From positions 20,620-84,619 of the forward strand of contig CAVTTJ010000006.1 of the NCBI GenBank assembly GCA_963737575.1: a stretch of 64,000 bases of DNA, given 5' to 3'. The number at the start of each line of letters is the position of its first letter. Within the stretch, counting starts at the first letter, position 1. Origin of the DNA: an uncultured Solirubrobacterales bacterium (lineage in GTDB: Bacteria; Actinomycetota; Thermoleophilia; Solirubrobacterales; 70-9). Of the stretch, positions 1 through 8,905 are shown piece by piece. The notes under the pieces are model-generated. The model was not told the DNA's origin, searched no databases, and saw only the letters and a program-made list of their open reading frames with translations. Position numbers and translations under genes: made by a program.

Positions 1-703
1 CGTTCCCGGTGCCGGCCGGCCCGTCGAATTCCGGGTCGAGGTTCCCATCGGAATCCCAACGCGCGAGGGCGGCATCCAAGCCAGAGGAGCCGACCGCGGT
101 GATGTGCCCGTCGGGGGAGACCGCGATGTCCTTGAGCTCGGCCCCCTCGGAGGTGATTTCGTCGGTCACGAATCCGGTGTTGGCCGGGCCGAAGGTCATG
201 TCGAGGGCGCCGTCGGTGTCGTAGCGGGCGATCGTGAACTGCGAGCGATGGGCGGGGGTCACGGTGAAGCCGCCGGCGATGATCTTTCCCGTGCCTGGTT
301 CAATCGCAAGTGATCTGATCTCCGCGCCGAATTCGGCCAGGACCCCTTCCCCGAATAGCCCCGGCGCTTCCCTCGAGACGCCATTCACTCCAAATGTCGG
401 GTCGGGCGTGCCGTCGCTGCGGAACCGCCCCAGGACCCAGCCGCCGTTTGGTTCGACCGGTTCTTTGGCGAGGACCCCGCCTCCGACCAGGACCCGGTCA
501 TGGCTGTCGAGGACCATCGCGTTGCCGGACTCACGGGCTCCGGGGAACGAGGCGTTGATGCTCGCGAAGCCGGTGCCGCCGAACGAGGAGTCTGGGATGC
601 CGCCGCCGGCGAGCGCCGCGGATGGAGCGACCATCAGGGCCGCCAGCGTCAGCGCCGGGGCGACGCGCCGCGCTGCCGAGACGAGGCACCCAGGGCCGAG
701 CAT
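1..703 (-). CDS. secreted beta-propeller protein with delta-60-type repeats (N-terminal part only; the gene runs off the left edge)
   Basis: Absent from the ORF track because there is no stop in the window. Reverse translation from the ATG (complement of 701-703) gives a signal peptide MLGPGCLVSAARRVAPALTLAALMVAPSAALA. Recurring units follow: RFRSDGTPDPTFG, RYDTDGALDMTFG, RWDSDGNLDPEFDG. Confidence 0.6.
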   Translation of the reverse strand, partial: MLGPGCLVSAARRVAPALTLAALMVAPSAALAGGGIPDSSFGGTGFASINASFPGARESGNAMVLDSHDRVLVGGGVLAKEPVEPNGGWVLGRFRSDGTPDPTFGVNGVSREAPGLFGEGVLAEFGAEIRSLAIEPGTGKIIAGGFTVTPAHRSQFTIARYDTDGALDMTFGPANTGFVTDEITSEGAELKDIAVSPDGHITAVGSSGLDAALARWDSDGNLDPEFDGPAGTGN

Positions 704-940
704 CGATCCAACCTAGCAGCGGGTCATCCTAAGCGCCCAATTTGCGGATCCGCGCCGGCCGCCCCCCTTGCGACGCCGTATTTCCCCGCTATGTTCACCA
801 CTGCGACCGGGAGGGACCGGCGCCCGCGGAAGCCCAGCGGTGAATCGGTCCCGAGGGTGGCGCGAGAAGCTTCTAGCGCGAAGGCTACGCGCGAGGCAGG
901 CGACGAGCGTCATCACCGGTCGTTTTTCGTGCTCGCGTCG

Positions 941-1579
941 CTAGCCGGCCCTGACGCCGCCGAAGAGGGCGAGCTCGAGCCACTTCCAGTGGCAGTCGAC
1001 CTGGTCGAAACCAACCTCCCGCAGCCATTCCAGCTGGTCCTCGAGCGGCGCGAGCTGGTCGGAGGGGTCGTCCTCTCTTTGGTCGAATCCGTAGGCCCGC
1101 TGGCTCAGGTCGTGGAGCTCCTCGGAGGGCGCCGCGACGCAGTCGAGGTTGTAGAAGGCGCCGCCGGGAGCGAGCAGGTCGAAGACCTCCCTGGACAACG
1201 AGCGCTTCCGCTTGTCGGGCAAATGGTGGATCGCGAGTGCCGAGACCACAAGGTCGAACTGGCCCCAGCGGTCGGCGAGCGGCTCCATCAGGTCGTGAAC
1301 CTCGAACCCGGCCCGCTGGTCGTCGGCGAAGCGCTCGGTCGCCGCCGCGACCATCGCCGGCGAGATATCGAGGCCGACCGCCTCGACGCCCGGGCGCGCG
1401 GCGGCGATCGCAGCAGGGAGATGCCCTTCGCCCGTTCCGAGGTCGAGCACCCGCTCGACCCGCTCGGGGACGAGGTGATCGACCAGCAGCCGCTCCGCAT
1501 CCGGCGCGTGGGGCAGCCGCTCGCGCCGCGAGGGCCACTCCTCGACGCGATCGGGCTCGAGCCACTCGCGCCCGGTCAT
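941..1579 (-). CDS. class I SAM-dependent methyltransferase
   Basis: Motif I VLDLGTGEGH and the later DLVVSALAIHHL are typical of Methyltransf_11/25. The start MTGREWLE overlaps the upstream stop (ATGA). Confidence 0.85.
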   Translation of the reverse strand: MTGREWLEPDRVEEWPSRRERLPHAPDAERLLVDHLVPERVERVLDLGTGEGHLPAAIAAARPGVEAVGLDISPAMVAAATERFADDQRAGFEVHDLMEPLADRWGQFDLVVSALAIHHLPDKRKRSLSREVFDLLAPGGAFYNLDCVAAPSEELHDLSQRAYGFDQREDDPSDQLAPLEDQLEWLREVGFDQVDCHWKWLELALFGGVRAG

Positions 1580-2010
1580 CGGGACAGCCGCGCGAAGTGG
1601 TGGGCCGAGATCACCATGCCGGCGTTGAGGTAGAGCCGGTGCGCGTCGGCCCGATCGAGGCCGACCCCCGAGTCGAGGTGAAGTTGGTCGCACCCCAGCC
1701 GCTGCGCCTCCTCCAGCAGCCACTCGAGCAGCGCCCGCGCGTGGCCGCGGCGCCGGGCCTCGGGCAGGGTCGAGAGGTCGTCGACATAGAGGTAGTGGCC
1801 CCAGGCGAGGCTGTGGCCGCAGCGAAAGCCGGCCGCCGCCATCGCGCGCTCCTCGCCCTCCTCGAAGGCTCCGGCCAGGCGGTAGCCCTGCGGTCGCTGG
1901 GCCTCATCGACGATGCGGACGAACTCCGCCTCGTCGGCTAGGTCGGTCCGCAGAGCCCGCATCGCCTCGAACGCAAGTCCCGTCTCGGGCGGCTGCAGCT
2001 CGCGGACCAC
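1576..2010 (-). CDS. GNAT family N-acetyltransferase
   Basis: The C-terminal 144 aa of the 341-aa ORF carry an acetyl-CoA motif-A-like RRRGHARALLEWLLEEA. I chose the GTG start at 2010; the upstream part of the ORF is Arg/Pro-rich shadow. Confidence 0.75.
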   Translation of the reverse strand: MVRELQPPETGLAFEAMRALRTDLADEAEFVRIVDEAQRPQGYRLAGAFEEGEERAMAAAGFRCGHSLAWGHYLYVDDLSTLPEARRRGHARALLEWLLEEAQRLGCDQLHLDSGVGLDRADAHRLYLNAGMVISAHHFARLSR

Positions 2011-2095
2011 GGGCGGATCATATGTTTGCGGCGGCGGCCGGCGCGCGCGGTTTTCGCGCCTCCCAGCGGGTGACGGCGCCGAGTGCCGGAGGCGG

Positions 2096-2956
2096 CTAGG
2101 CGGGCAGGCTGTAGTTGCGCTGGGTGTGAGGGGCGTAGCGGGCGATTTCCTCGTCGGCGGGATCGACCTCGAGCCAGCCCGTGTGTTTGCGCTGGACCTG
2201 GCCGATCGCCGGTCGGGAGAACGAGTGCGCGGTGAGGCCCGCCCGCCGCGCCCCCGGGGGCGCGGCGCCCCGCGGGAGCCGCAGCAGGATGCCGGCATCG
2301 TCGGCCCCGAGTACGTCGACCGGGACGACGCTCGGGAAGCCGTCGTCCCCGATCCAGCCGAGAAGGCGGTGGGGGAGCGCGGCGGCGCGCTCGGCGGCGC
2401 GCCGATGGTCGAGGCGGGGCCCGGTCCCGTTCGCCGGCGGGCGCTGTGCTGCCGGGGCCTCGGCCGGGAGCGGCGAACCGTGGGCCGTCGCCCCGCCGGC
2501 GCAGGCCGGGTCGGGCCAGACGAGGACCCGCTCGACCGCGATCCCGATCTCGACCCGCGTCGCGTAGGCGCGCTGCCAGCGCCGCCAGATCGCAGGGGCA
2601 TCCCGCCACGGCTCGAACCGCTCCCAGCGCTCGGCGACGGTCGCCGGATAGTCGGGAATCGGGTCCAAGAGGGACGCGGTCCCCTGGACGAGCACGTACT
2701 CCGGGCGCCGGCTCAGTCCGTGGGTGCGGGTGTGGAAGGCCAGCGCGACCCGCGGGTCGCTCCTGATCCGCTCGAGCTTCCTCCATCCCCCGACCGAGCT
2801 GTTGATCGCGGTCAGGGTCCCCGCCGCTGCGTCCCGGGCCACCGCGTAGTTGTTGACGGGCAGCAGGACGGCGCCGGCGGCCGGGGTCGCATAGGCGAGG
2901 ACGACGACGAGGTCGCCGCCGATGATCTCGTCGACCTCGGCGCTCCAGAGCTCCAT
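2096..2956 (-). CDS. PPOX-class split-barrel protein (FMN/F420-binding family, two tandem barrels)
   Basis: Only the part from MELWSAEVDEIIGGDLVVVLAYATP looks protein-like. It is divergent from the TetR gene, with a 42-bp intergenic gap. Confidence 0.65.
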   Translation of the reverse strand: MELWSAEVDEIIGGDLVVVLAYATPAAGAVLLPVNNYAVARDAAAGTLTAINSSVGGWRKLERIRSDPRVALAFHTRTHGLSRRPEYVLVQGTASLLDPIPDYPATVAERWERFEPWRDAPAIWRRWQRAYATRVEIGIAVERVLVWPDPACAGGATAHGSPLPAEAPAAQRPPANGTGPRLDHRRAAERAAALPHRLLGWIGDDGFPSVVPVDVLGADDAGILLRLPRGAAPPGARRAGLTAHSFSRPAIGQVQRKHTGWLEVDPADEEIARYAPHTQRNYSLPA

Positions 2957-2966
2957 GCCCGCGACC

Positions 2967-2988
2967 TTACCAAATGGCCATTTGGTAA
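2967..2988. promoter_or_regulatory. perfect 22-bp palindrome, candidate TetR operator
   Basis: TTACCAAATGG/CCATTTGGTAA is centred in the 42-bp gap between the divergent PPOX-like and tetR genes. Confidence 0.6.
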
Positions 2989-2998
2989 CGTTCGGGCG

Positions 2999-3631
2999 AT
3001 GGCGACCAGGACGAGGAGGCGGCGGCTGACCCCCGAGAGGCGGCGGGAGATGATCCTTGCCGGGGCGACCGAGCTGTTCGCCGTGAATGGCTACGACGGC
3101 ACGTCGATGGGCCAGATCGCGGAGGCGGGCGGGATCACACCGGCAGTCATCTATGACCACTTCCCGGCCAAGTCGGAGCTCGCGATCGAGCTGCTCGAAC
3201 GACATACCGAGGAGCTGCTGCGGCAGGTGGGGGAGACCCTTCAGAGCGCCGGCGGCGGGCCGGCGGAACTGATGAGGGCGGGAGTCGACGCCTTCTTCGC
3301 CTACGTCGAGGAGCACCCGTTCGCGTGGCGGATGATGTTCCGCGACCCGCCCAGCGACCCCGATGTCGCCGCCGCCTACAGGCGGCTCGACCGCCGCGCG
3401 ACGGCCGGGATCGCCGCCTTCGTCGAGATGGGGGCGGGTGGCGCGTTGGCGCGCTTCGAGAACCCGGGGCGGGCGGCGGAGATGTTCGCCGAGGCTGTGA
3501 AGGGTGCCCAGAACGGGCTCGCCGCCTGGTGGTATGAGCACCCCGAGATTCCGAGGCGCGAGGTCGTCGACCGCATGCTCGAGTTCTCCTGGGCCGGGCT
3601 GGAGCGAACGGCGCGGGGCGGCCGTGACTAG
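2999..3631 (+). CDS. TetR/AcrR family transcriptional regulator
   Basis: N-terminal HTH: RREMILAGATELFAVNGYDGTSMGQIAEAGGITPAVIYDHFPAKSEL. Confidence 0.9.
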   Translation: MATRTRRRRLTPERRREMILAGATELFAVNGYDGTSMGQIAEAGGITPAVIYDHFPAKSELAIELLERHTEELLRQVGETLQSAGGGPAELMRAGVDAFFAYVEEHPFAWRMMFRDPPSDPDVAAAYRRLDRRATAGIAAFVEMGAGGALARFENPGRAAEMFAEAVKGAQNGLAAWWYEHPEIPRREVVDRMLEFSWAGLERTARGGRD

Positions 3632-3986
3632 CCGCGTCGACGACGGCCTGTTGCTGCGGGCGCTGGCGATCGCCCATGCCCTCGTCGGCCTCGTCTTCTT
3701 CCGCGAGGAGATCGGCTCGATCCGGCGCGCGGGGATCCTCGCCGCCGTTCCCCACCGGGGCCCGCGGGCGACCGCCTTCTGGTTCCTCGTCCCGTCTCCG
3801 CTGGTCTGGGTCGTCGGCCGCCTCCTCAGCAGCGCCGAGGTGGCCGGTGACTGGGACGCGGTCCGCCGCGCCCACCGCGCGAGCCTCGCCGGCGCCGCGC
3901 TCGCCGTCGCCTGCATGCCGCTGTCGGGTTTCTGGGGGTGGCTGGCGATCTCGGCGCGCGGGCTCTGGCGGTCGCGGGGAAGATGA
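3624..3986 (+). CDS. small integral membrane protein (DUF6463-like)
   Basis: The GTG start overlaps the tetR stop. It has 3-4 hydrophobic helices (LLLRALAIAHALVGLVFF, AFWFLVPSPLVWVVG, GAALAVACMPLSGFWGWLAI). An ATGA overlap couples it to the next gene. Confidence 0.5.
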   Translation: MTSRVDDGLLLRALAIAHALVGLVFFREEIGSIRRAGILAAVPHRGPRATAFWFLVPSPLVWVVGRLLSSAEVAGDWDAVRRAHRASLAGAALAVACMPLSGFWGWLAISARGLWRSRGR

Positions 3987-4813
3987 GGAGCTGGCTGCCC
4001 GGCCCGAGCCCTGACGGGGCCTGCCTCGTCACCGGGGCGAGCTCCGGCATCGGATGCGCGATCGCGAGGTGCCTCGCCGCGAGCGGCCGCGGCGTCATTC
4101 TCACCGGCCGGCGCGAGGACCGGCTGCGGGATCTTGCCAGCGAGCTCTCCTCGGCGGCGGTGCGGGCGGAGTGGATCCGGTGCGACCTGGCCGATGCCGC
4201 GGCCCGGCATCGGATCGCAGGCGAGGTCGAGTCGCTCGGCCTTCGGGTCGACGTCCTCGTCAACAGCGCCGGCCTCGGCAGCCATGGGCCGTTCTCGCGG
4301 CTCGACCCCGCGCGTGAGCTCGAGCAGGTCCGGGTCGGTTGCGAGGCGATTGTCGACCTATGCGGCGCATTCGTCCCGGCAATGGCCGAGCGGCGCCGGG
4401 GCGCGGTGCTGATCGTCTCTTCTGGCCTCGGGTTCCAGCCGGTGGCGAGGCAGGCCACCTACGGTGCCGGCAAGGCGTTCAGGATCTCCTTCGGCGACGC
4501 CCTCCACGCCGAGCTCCGCCCCGAGGGCGTCGCCGTCTCCACCGTCTGCCCCGGTCCCGTCGACACCGAGTTCTTCGCCGCCAACGGGCCCAACCCGGCC
4601 CAGGGGCTGCCCCGGTTCCTCTGGCGCAGCGCCGACCAAGTCGCGGCGGCCGCGATCGCGGGCCTCGAGCACAACCGCAGGGTGGTGATACCGGGGGCGC
4701 CGCTGCGGGCGCTGATCTCCGCCTCGCGCCTGACGCCTCCGGGCCTTCGCCTCCGCGTCGTCGCCCACGCCCTGCGCCAGGCGCCCGCGGTCGCGGGGCC
4801 GGGACGCGACTAG
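3983..4813 (+). CDS. SDR family oxidoreductase
   Basis: Carries the TGASSGIG cofactor motif, NSAG, and the YGAGK catalytic motif. Confidence 0.85.
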   Translation: MRSWLPGPSPDGACLVTGASSGIGCAIARCLAASGRGVILTGRREDRLRDLASELSSAAVRAEWIRCDLADAAARHRIAGEVESLGLRVDVLVNSAGLGSHGPFSRLDPARELEQVRVGCEAIVDLCGAFVPAMAERRRGAVLIVSSGLGFQPVARQATYGAGKAFRISFGDALHAELRPEGVAVSTVCPGPVDTEFFAANGPNPAQGLPRFLWRSADQVAAAAIAGLEHNRRVVIPGAPLRALISASRLTPPGLRLRVVAHALRQAPAVAGPGRD

Positions 4814-4827
4814 ACTCGGCCGCGCCG

Positions 4828-5319
4828 ATGCCGGACGCCCTGACCCACGTCAGCGCCTTCCGCACCGCGGCCGAGCGCCGCGACCTCGAGGGGCTCCTTG
4901 CGACCTTCAGCCCCGACATCGTCATCCGCTCGCCGGTCAGCGCGCGATTGCGCTTCGAGGGGCCCAAGCAGGTGCGGGAGATCTTCCGCGTCGTGCTCGA
5001 CCGCCTCGAAGTGATCGAGTACTACGAGGAGCTCGGCGACGACACCTCCCGCGCCCTCTTCTACCGCGGGCGCCTTGCCGGCGCCGAGGTCGAAGAGACC
5101 CAGCTGATCCGCCTCGCGCCCGACGGGCGGATCCGCGAAATCGTCTTCTTCATCCGGCCCTTCCCCGGCCTTGCCGGGGTCGCGGCCGGCCTCGCCCCGG
5201 CGCTCGCCCGCTCGCGCGGCTTCGGGGCCGTGCGGATCGCAGTCATGGCGGTCTTCGGCTCGGCGCTGCGTCTCGCTATCTCGCTCGCCGATCGGGTCGG
5301 CGTTCGGCTGATTGGCTAG
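4828..5319 (+). CDS. NTF2/SnoaL-like fold protein with a hydrophobic C-terminus
   Basis: The sequence reads MPDALTHVSAFRTAAERRDLEGLLATFSPDIVIRSP..., which has an NTF2-like N-terminus. The call is weak. Confidence 0.5.
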   Translation: MPDALTHVSAFRTAAERRDLEGLLATFSPDIVIRSPVSARLRFEGPKQVREIFRVVLDRLEVIEYYEELGDDTSRALFYRGRLAGAEVEETQLIRLAPDGRIREIVFFIRPFPGLAGVAAGLAPALARSRGFGAVRIAVMAVFGSALRLAISLADRVGVRLIG

Positions 5320-6512
5320 TCGCGCTTGACGCGCTTGACGAGCTTGACCTTCCGCTCCTTGGTCAGCGGGTCGCCTTCTGTCGGGGTGTAGGTGATCTGG
5401 CCGGTGACCGTCACCTTGCCGCTACGGGAGAGTCGGCGCTTCGCCCTTCCTCGGGCCCGGATCGTGAGCTTCGAGCCACCGGTCGCGGCGACAGCCTGAG
5501 CAGCAATCCCGCTGCCGGCAAGCGACACCGCGCCGGGCCCGGGTACCTCGACCGTGAGCGTCGCCGTGCCCCTGCGCTTGTTCCGCTTCAACTGGCCGAA
5601 GCTGAAATCGTTCGGGGGCTTGGGCGTCGAGAGTTCGATTCTGGCCACGCCCGTGGCGTCGGTGGTTATCAGGAGATTGCCCGCGGCTGAGGGTGCCGCG
5701 AAGCTCGACCCGCCGCCCCCGCCGCCGGCCGAGCATCCGTTGGCGGACCCGCCGGCGCCGCCGCCGAAATAACCGCCGCCCCCACCGCCGCCGACCTCGC
5801 TGTTGGATCCGCCCATCCCCGCTTCTCCGCCCCTGGCGAGCACTCCACCTTCGCCGTCCGGAGCGTCTGATTTTCCTCCGGTCCCACCGGGTCCCCCGGC
5901 TGCCTGATTGCCCGCGATCCCGCCACCGCCGGGGGTGGTGCCGCTGCATCCGATCAACTGCCCGGCCTGGCCGTCCTCGCCGCCGCTTCCACCTTCGCCG
6001 CCGCTGGTCTGTTCGTTCCGGCCCTGGTCCCCGCCCCCACCGCCGCCGGCGGCGACGACCAACCTCGAGCCGAGGGTGTCGGGTGCGCCGGTGCACGTCG
6101 TTGCCGCCTGGGAGCAGGTTCTGATGTCGGTGGCGCCCCCGCCCCCACCGCCCGCGGTCATGAAGCCGCCGAACCTGGAAGCCCCCCCTCCATTGAAGCC
6201 GCCGGCTCCTCCCGCCGCGCCGTCGTGCCCGGTGCCGCCGACCTCGATGAACAGCACCTGGCCCGGGGTGACGGCGAGATCGCCCTCGAGTCGGGCTCCA
6301 GGGCCGCCCGATCCGCCGATGTTCCCGGGGTCATCGGACCCGCGCCCGCCCGTTGCGCCGACCGCGACGTAGTGAAGCGAGGTGACACCGGCGGGCACGG
6401 TGTACGTCTGCTCCCCGCCTGTGAAGTCGAAGGTCCGGGTGGCCGCCGCCGCCGGTGGCACGAAGGCGAGCGAGGCCAGGCCGACGAGGCCGATCGCCGC
6501 TCCGATCCGCAT
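5316..6512 (-). CDS. secreted glycine-rich protein
   Basis: Signal peptide MRIGAAIGLVGLASLAFVPPAAAA, followed by long GGxGG tracts. The C-terminus has an Ig-like module (GTATLTVEVPGPGAVSLAGSG) and a basic tail KERKVKLVKRVKRD. Confidence 0.75.
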   Translation of the reverse strand: MRIGAAIGLVGLASLAFVPPAAAATRTFDFTGGEQTYTVPAGVTSLHYVAVGATGGRGSDDPGNIGGSGGPGARLEGDLAVTPGQVLFIEVGGTGHDGAAGGAGGFNGGGASRFGGFMTAGGGGGGATDIRTCSQAATTCTGAPDTLGSRLVVAAGGGGGGDQGRNEQTSGGEGGSGGEDGQAGQLIGCSGTTPGGGGIAGNQAAGGPGGTGGKSDAPDGEGGVLARGGEAGMGGSNSEVGGGGGGGYFGGGAGGSANGCSAGGGGGGSSFAAPSAAGNLLITTDATGVARIELSTPKPPNDFSFGQLKRNKRRGTATLTVEVPGPGAVSLAGSGIAAQAVAATGGSKLTIRARGRAKRRLSRSGKVTVTGQITYTPTEGDPLTKERKVKLVKRVKRD

Positions 6513-6514
6513 GT

Positions 6515-7621
6515 CTAGTTGAACTCGATCACGCTGCGGATCCCGTCCTGGGCCTCCATCAGCTCAAAGCCCCGGTTGACCTCGTCGAGCGAGATCCGGT
6601 GCGAGATGAACGGCTCGACGTCGATCTCACCGGCCAGCGAGCGGTCGATCAGCTCCGGGACCTGATCGCGGCCCTTGACGCCGCCGAACGAGGAGCCGGC
6701 GACGCGGCGGCCGGTGATCAGGAAGCGGGGGACGATGTCGAGCGTCTCGCCCTTGCCGGCGACGCCGGCGACGGTGCACTGGCCCCATGCCATCCGTGCC
6801 GCTTCGACCGCCTGGCGCATGACGGCGACGTTTCCGGTCGCCTCGAAGGTGTAGTCGGCGCCGAAGCCGTCGGTCATCTCGAGGATCTGGTCGACGGCGC
6901 CGTCGCCGCCGGTGATCAGGTCGGTCGCACCCTGGCCGCGGGCGAGCTCGAGCCGGTCGTCGGAGAGGTCGACGCAGACGATCCGCTCGGCGCCCTGCAG
7001 GCGGCAGCCGGCGACCGCGCCGAGGCCGACCATGCCGGCTCCGAAGATGACGCAGGTGGTGCCCGGCTGCACCTTTGCGGTGTTGATCGCCGCCCCGAGG
7101 CCGGTCGAGAGGCCGCAGGCGAAGAGGCAGGCATGCTCGAACGGTGCGTCCGGGTTGATCTTGGCCAGGGCGATCTCCGGCATCACCGTGTACTCGGCGA
7201 ACGTCGAGCAGCCCATGAAGTGCCGGATGCCGTCGCCGTCGCGGGAGAGCCGGGTCGTCCCATCGGGCAGGTGGCCCTTGTTCTGCTCCTCGCGGATCGC
7301 CAGGCAGAGGTTGGTCCGCGGGTCGAGGCAGTGGATGCACTCGCGGCACTGCGGAGAGAAAAGCGTGACGACGTGGTCCCCGGGCGAGAGCGAGCCGACA
7401 TCGGGGCCGACCTGCTCGACGACGCCCGCCCCCTCGTGGCCGAGCACCGTCGGCGCGTACCCGGACGGGTCGGCCCCCGAGGCGGTGTAGAGGTCGGTGT
7501 GACAGACGCCGCAGGCCGCGAGCCTGACCAGAACCTCGCCCGCCTGTGGCTCGGCGAGGTCGACCTCCTGCACGGCGAGCGGCTCCCCGAACTCCTCCAG
7601 GACCGCCGCGCGCATCTTCAT
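6515..7621 (-). CDS. class III zinc alcohol dehydrogenase / S-(hydroxymethyl)thiol (glutathione or mycothiol) dehydrogenase-like
   Basis: Carries GVCHTD, GHEGAGVVE and the structural-Zn Cys cluster CRECIHC..C. FMGCSTFAEYTV and INPDAPFEHACLFACGLSTGLGAAINTAKV closely follow the class III ADH pattern. Confidence 0.85.
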   Translation of the reverse strand: MKMRAAVLEEFGEPLAVQEVDLAEPQAGEVLVRLAACGVCHTDLYTASGADPSGYAPTVLGHEGAGVVEQVGPDVGSLSPGDHVVTLFSPQCRECIHCLDPRTNLCLAIREEQNKGHLPDGTTRLSRDGDGIRHFMGCSTFAEYTVMPEIALAKINPDAPFEHACLFACGLSTGLGAAINTAKVQPGTTCVIFGAGMVGLGAVAGCRLQGAERIVCVDLSDDRLELARGQGATDLITGGDGAVDQILEMTDGFGADYTFEATGNVAVMRQAVEAARMAWGQCTVAGVAGKGETLDIVPRFLITGRRVAGSSFGGVKGRDQVPELIDRSLAGEIDVEPFISHRISLDEVNRGFELMEAQDGIRSVIEFN

Positions 7622-7640
7622 CGTCCGCCGCCCACCCCGA

Positions 7641-8843
7641 TCACTCGCTGGTGAACTTGGCGGCCTCCTCGTGGCCGCCGGTCGCGTCGCCCTCGCTGTA
7701 GGAGTGGGCCCCTGCCCCGGCCAGTTTGCCGCCGTCGACGATCAGGTATTCCTCGCGGATCGGGCGCCCCTCGAGGAAGCACTCGAGGATCTCGCGCGTC
7801 CCCGCCGCGTAGCGCGCCTGGGCGGAGAGGCTCGTCCCCGAGATGTGCGGGGTCATCCCGTGGTGGGGCATCGAGCGCCAGGGATGGTCGCGCGGCGCGG
7901 GCTGCGGGAACCAGACGTCGCCGGCGTAGCCGGCGAGCTGGCCGCTCTCGCAGGCGGCGGCGACGGCGTCGCGGTCGCAGATCTTGCCGCGGGCGGTGTT
8001 GATCAGGTACGCGCCGCGTTTCATCTTCCCGAGCAGCTCGGCATCGAACAGGTTCTCGGTCTCGGGGTGAAGCGGGGCGTTGATCGTCACCACGTCGCAG
8101 GCTTCGACCAGCGACTCGACGGTCGGGTGGAACGAGGCTTCCAGCTCCGCCTCGACCTCGTCCGGGAGGCGGTGGCGCTCGGTGTAGTGGAGGCCGACCT
8201 CGAACGGCGCCAATCGCCGCAGTACCGCCGACCCGATCCTGCCGGCGCCGAAGGTGCCGACCTGCATCCCCTCGAGGTCGTAGGACCGTGAGGCGCAGTC
8301 GGCGATATTCCAGCCGCCATCGACGACGACCCCGTAGGAGGGGATGTAGTTTCGGACCAGCGCCAGGATCATCATCACGACGTGCTCGGCGACGCTGATG
8401 CTGTTCGAGTAGGTCACCTCGGCGACGGTCAGCCCGTGGTCGATCGCCGCCTGGAGGTCGACGTGGTCCGACCCGATGCCGGCGGTGAGCGCCAGCTTCA
8501 GGTCCGGTGCATTGGCGATCCGCTCGGCGGTCAGGTAGGCGGGCCAGAACGGCTGCGAGATTACGACGTCGGCGTCCCCAAGCTCGCGCTCGAACACCGA
8601 GTCCGGACCGTCCTTGTCAGAGGTGACGACGAGTTCATGGCCGCCCGCCTCGAGGAACTCCCTCAGCCCCAGCTCGCCGGAGACGCAGCCGAGCAGCTCT
8701 CCCGGCGTGAACCCGATCGCCTTCGGCGTCGGCGTGGTCTGGCCACGGTGGTAGCCCTCGATCGTCGGCACCGCGTCGCGCGCGTATGTCGGCGGGTACC
8801 CGTCGATCGGATCGTCATATAGGACGCAGAGGACCTTCGCCAT
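7641..8843 (-). CDS. fdh: NAD+-dependent formate dehydrogenase
   Basis: Near-collinear with the classical Pseudomonas sp. 101-type FDH: MAKVLCVLYDDP, PFWPAYLT, GIGSDHVDL, GAGRIG, DVWFPQPAP, PHISGTSLSAQARY. Confidence 0.92.
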   Translation of the reverse strand: MAKVLCVLYDDPIDGYPPTYARDAVPTIEGYHRGQTTPTPKAIGFTPGELLGCVSGELGLREFLEAGGHELVVTSDKDGPDSVFERELGDADVVISQPFWPAYLTAERIANAPDLKLALTAGIGSDHVDLQAAIDHGLTVAEVTYSNSISVAEHVVMMILALVRNYIPSYGVVVDGGWNIADCASRSYDLEGMQVGTFGAGRIGSAVLRRLAPFEVGLHYTERHRLPDEVEAELEASFHPTVESLVEACDVVTINAPLHPETENLFDAELLGKMKRGAYLINTARGKICDRDAVAAACESGQLAGYAGDVWFPQPAPRDHPWRSMPHHGMTPHISGTSLSAQARYAAGTREILECFLEGRPIREEYLIVDGGKLAGAGAHSYSEGDATGGHEEAAKFTSE

Positions 8844-8905
8844 TCGCGTCCATCCTCTCGCAGGCGCGATCCGAAGGTCAAGTTACGGATAGGCTGCCAT
8901 TTCGC

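Noticed and set aside
234-716. Plus-strand Pro-rich 160-aa ORF, and the 500..1633 ORF at the left edge
   Set aside because: They are shadows of the minus-strand delta-60-repeat gene and the methyltransferase gene.
2957-4285. Upstream part of the 729-aa minus-strand ORF (2096..4285), antisense to tetR and the SDR gene
   Set aside because: This is a shadow ORF. Only the part from MELWSAEV (2956) downward looks like a real protein, and the plus-strand genes carry clear family motifs.
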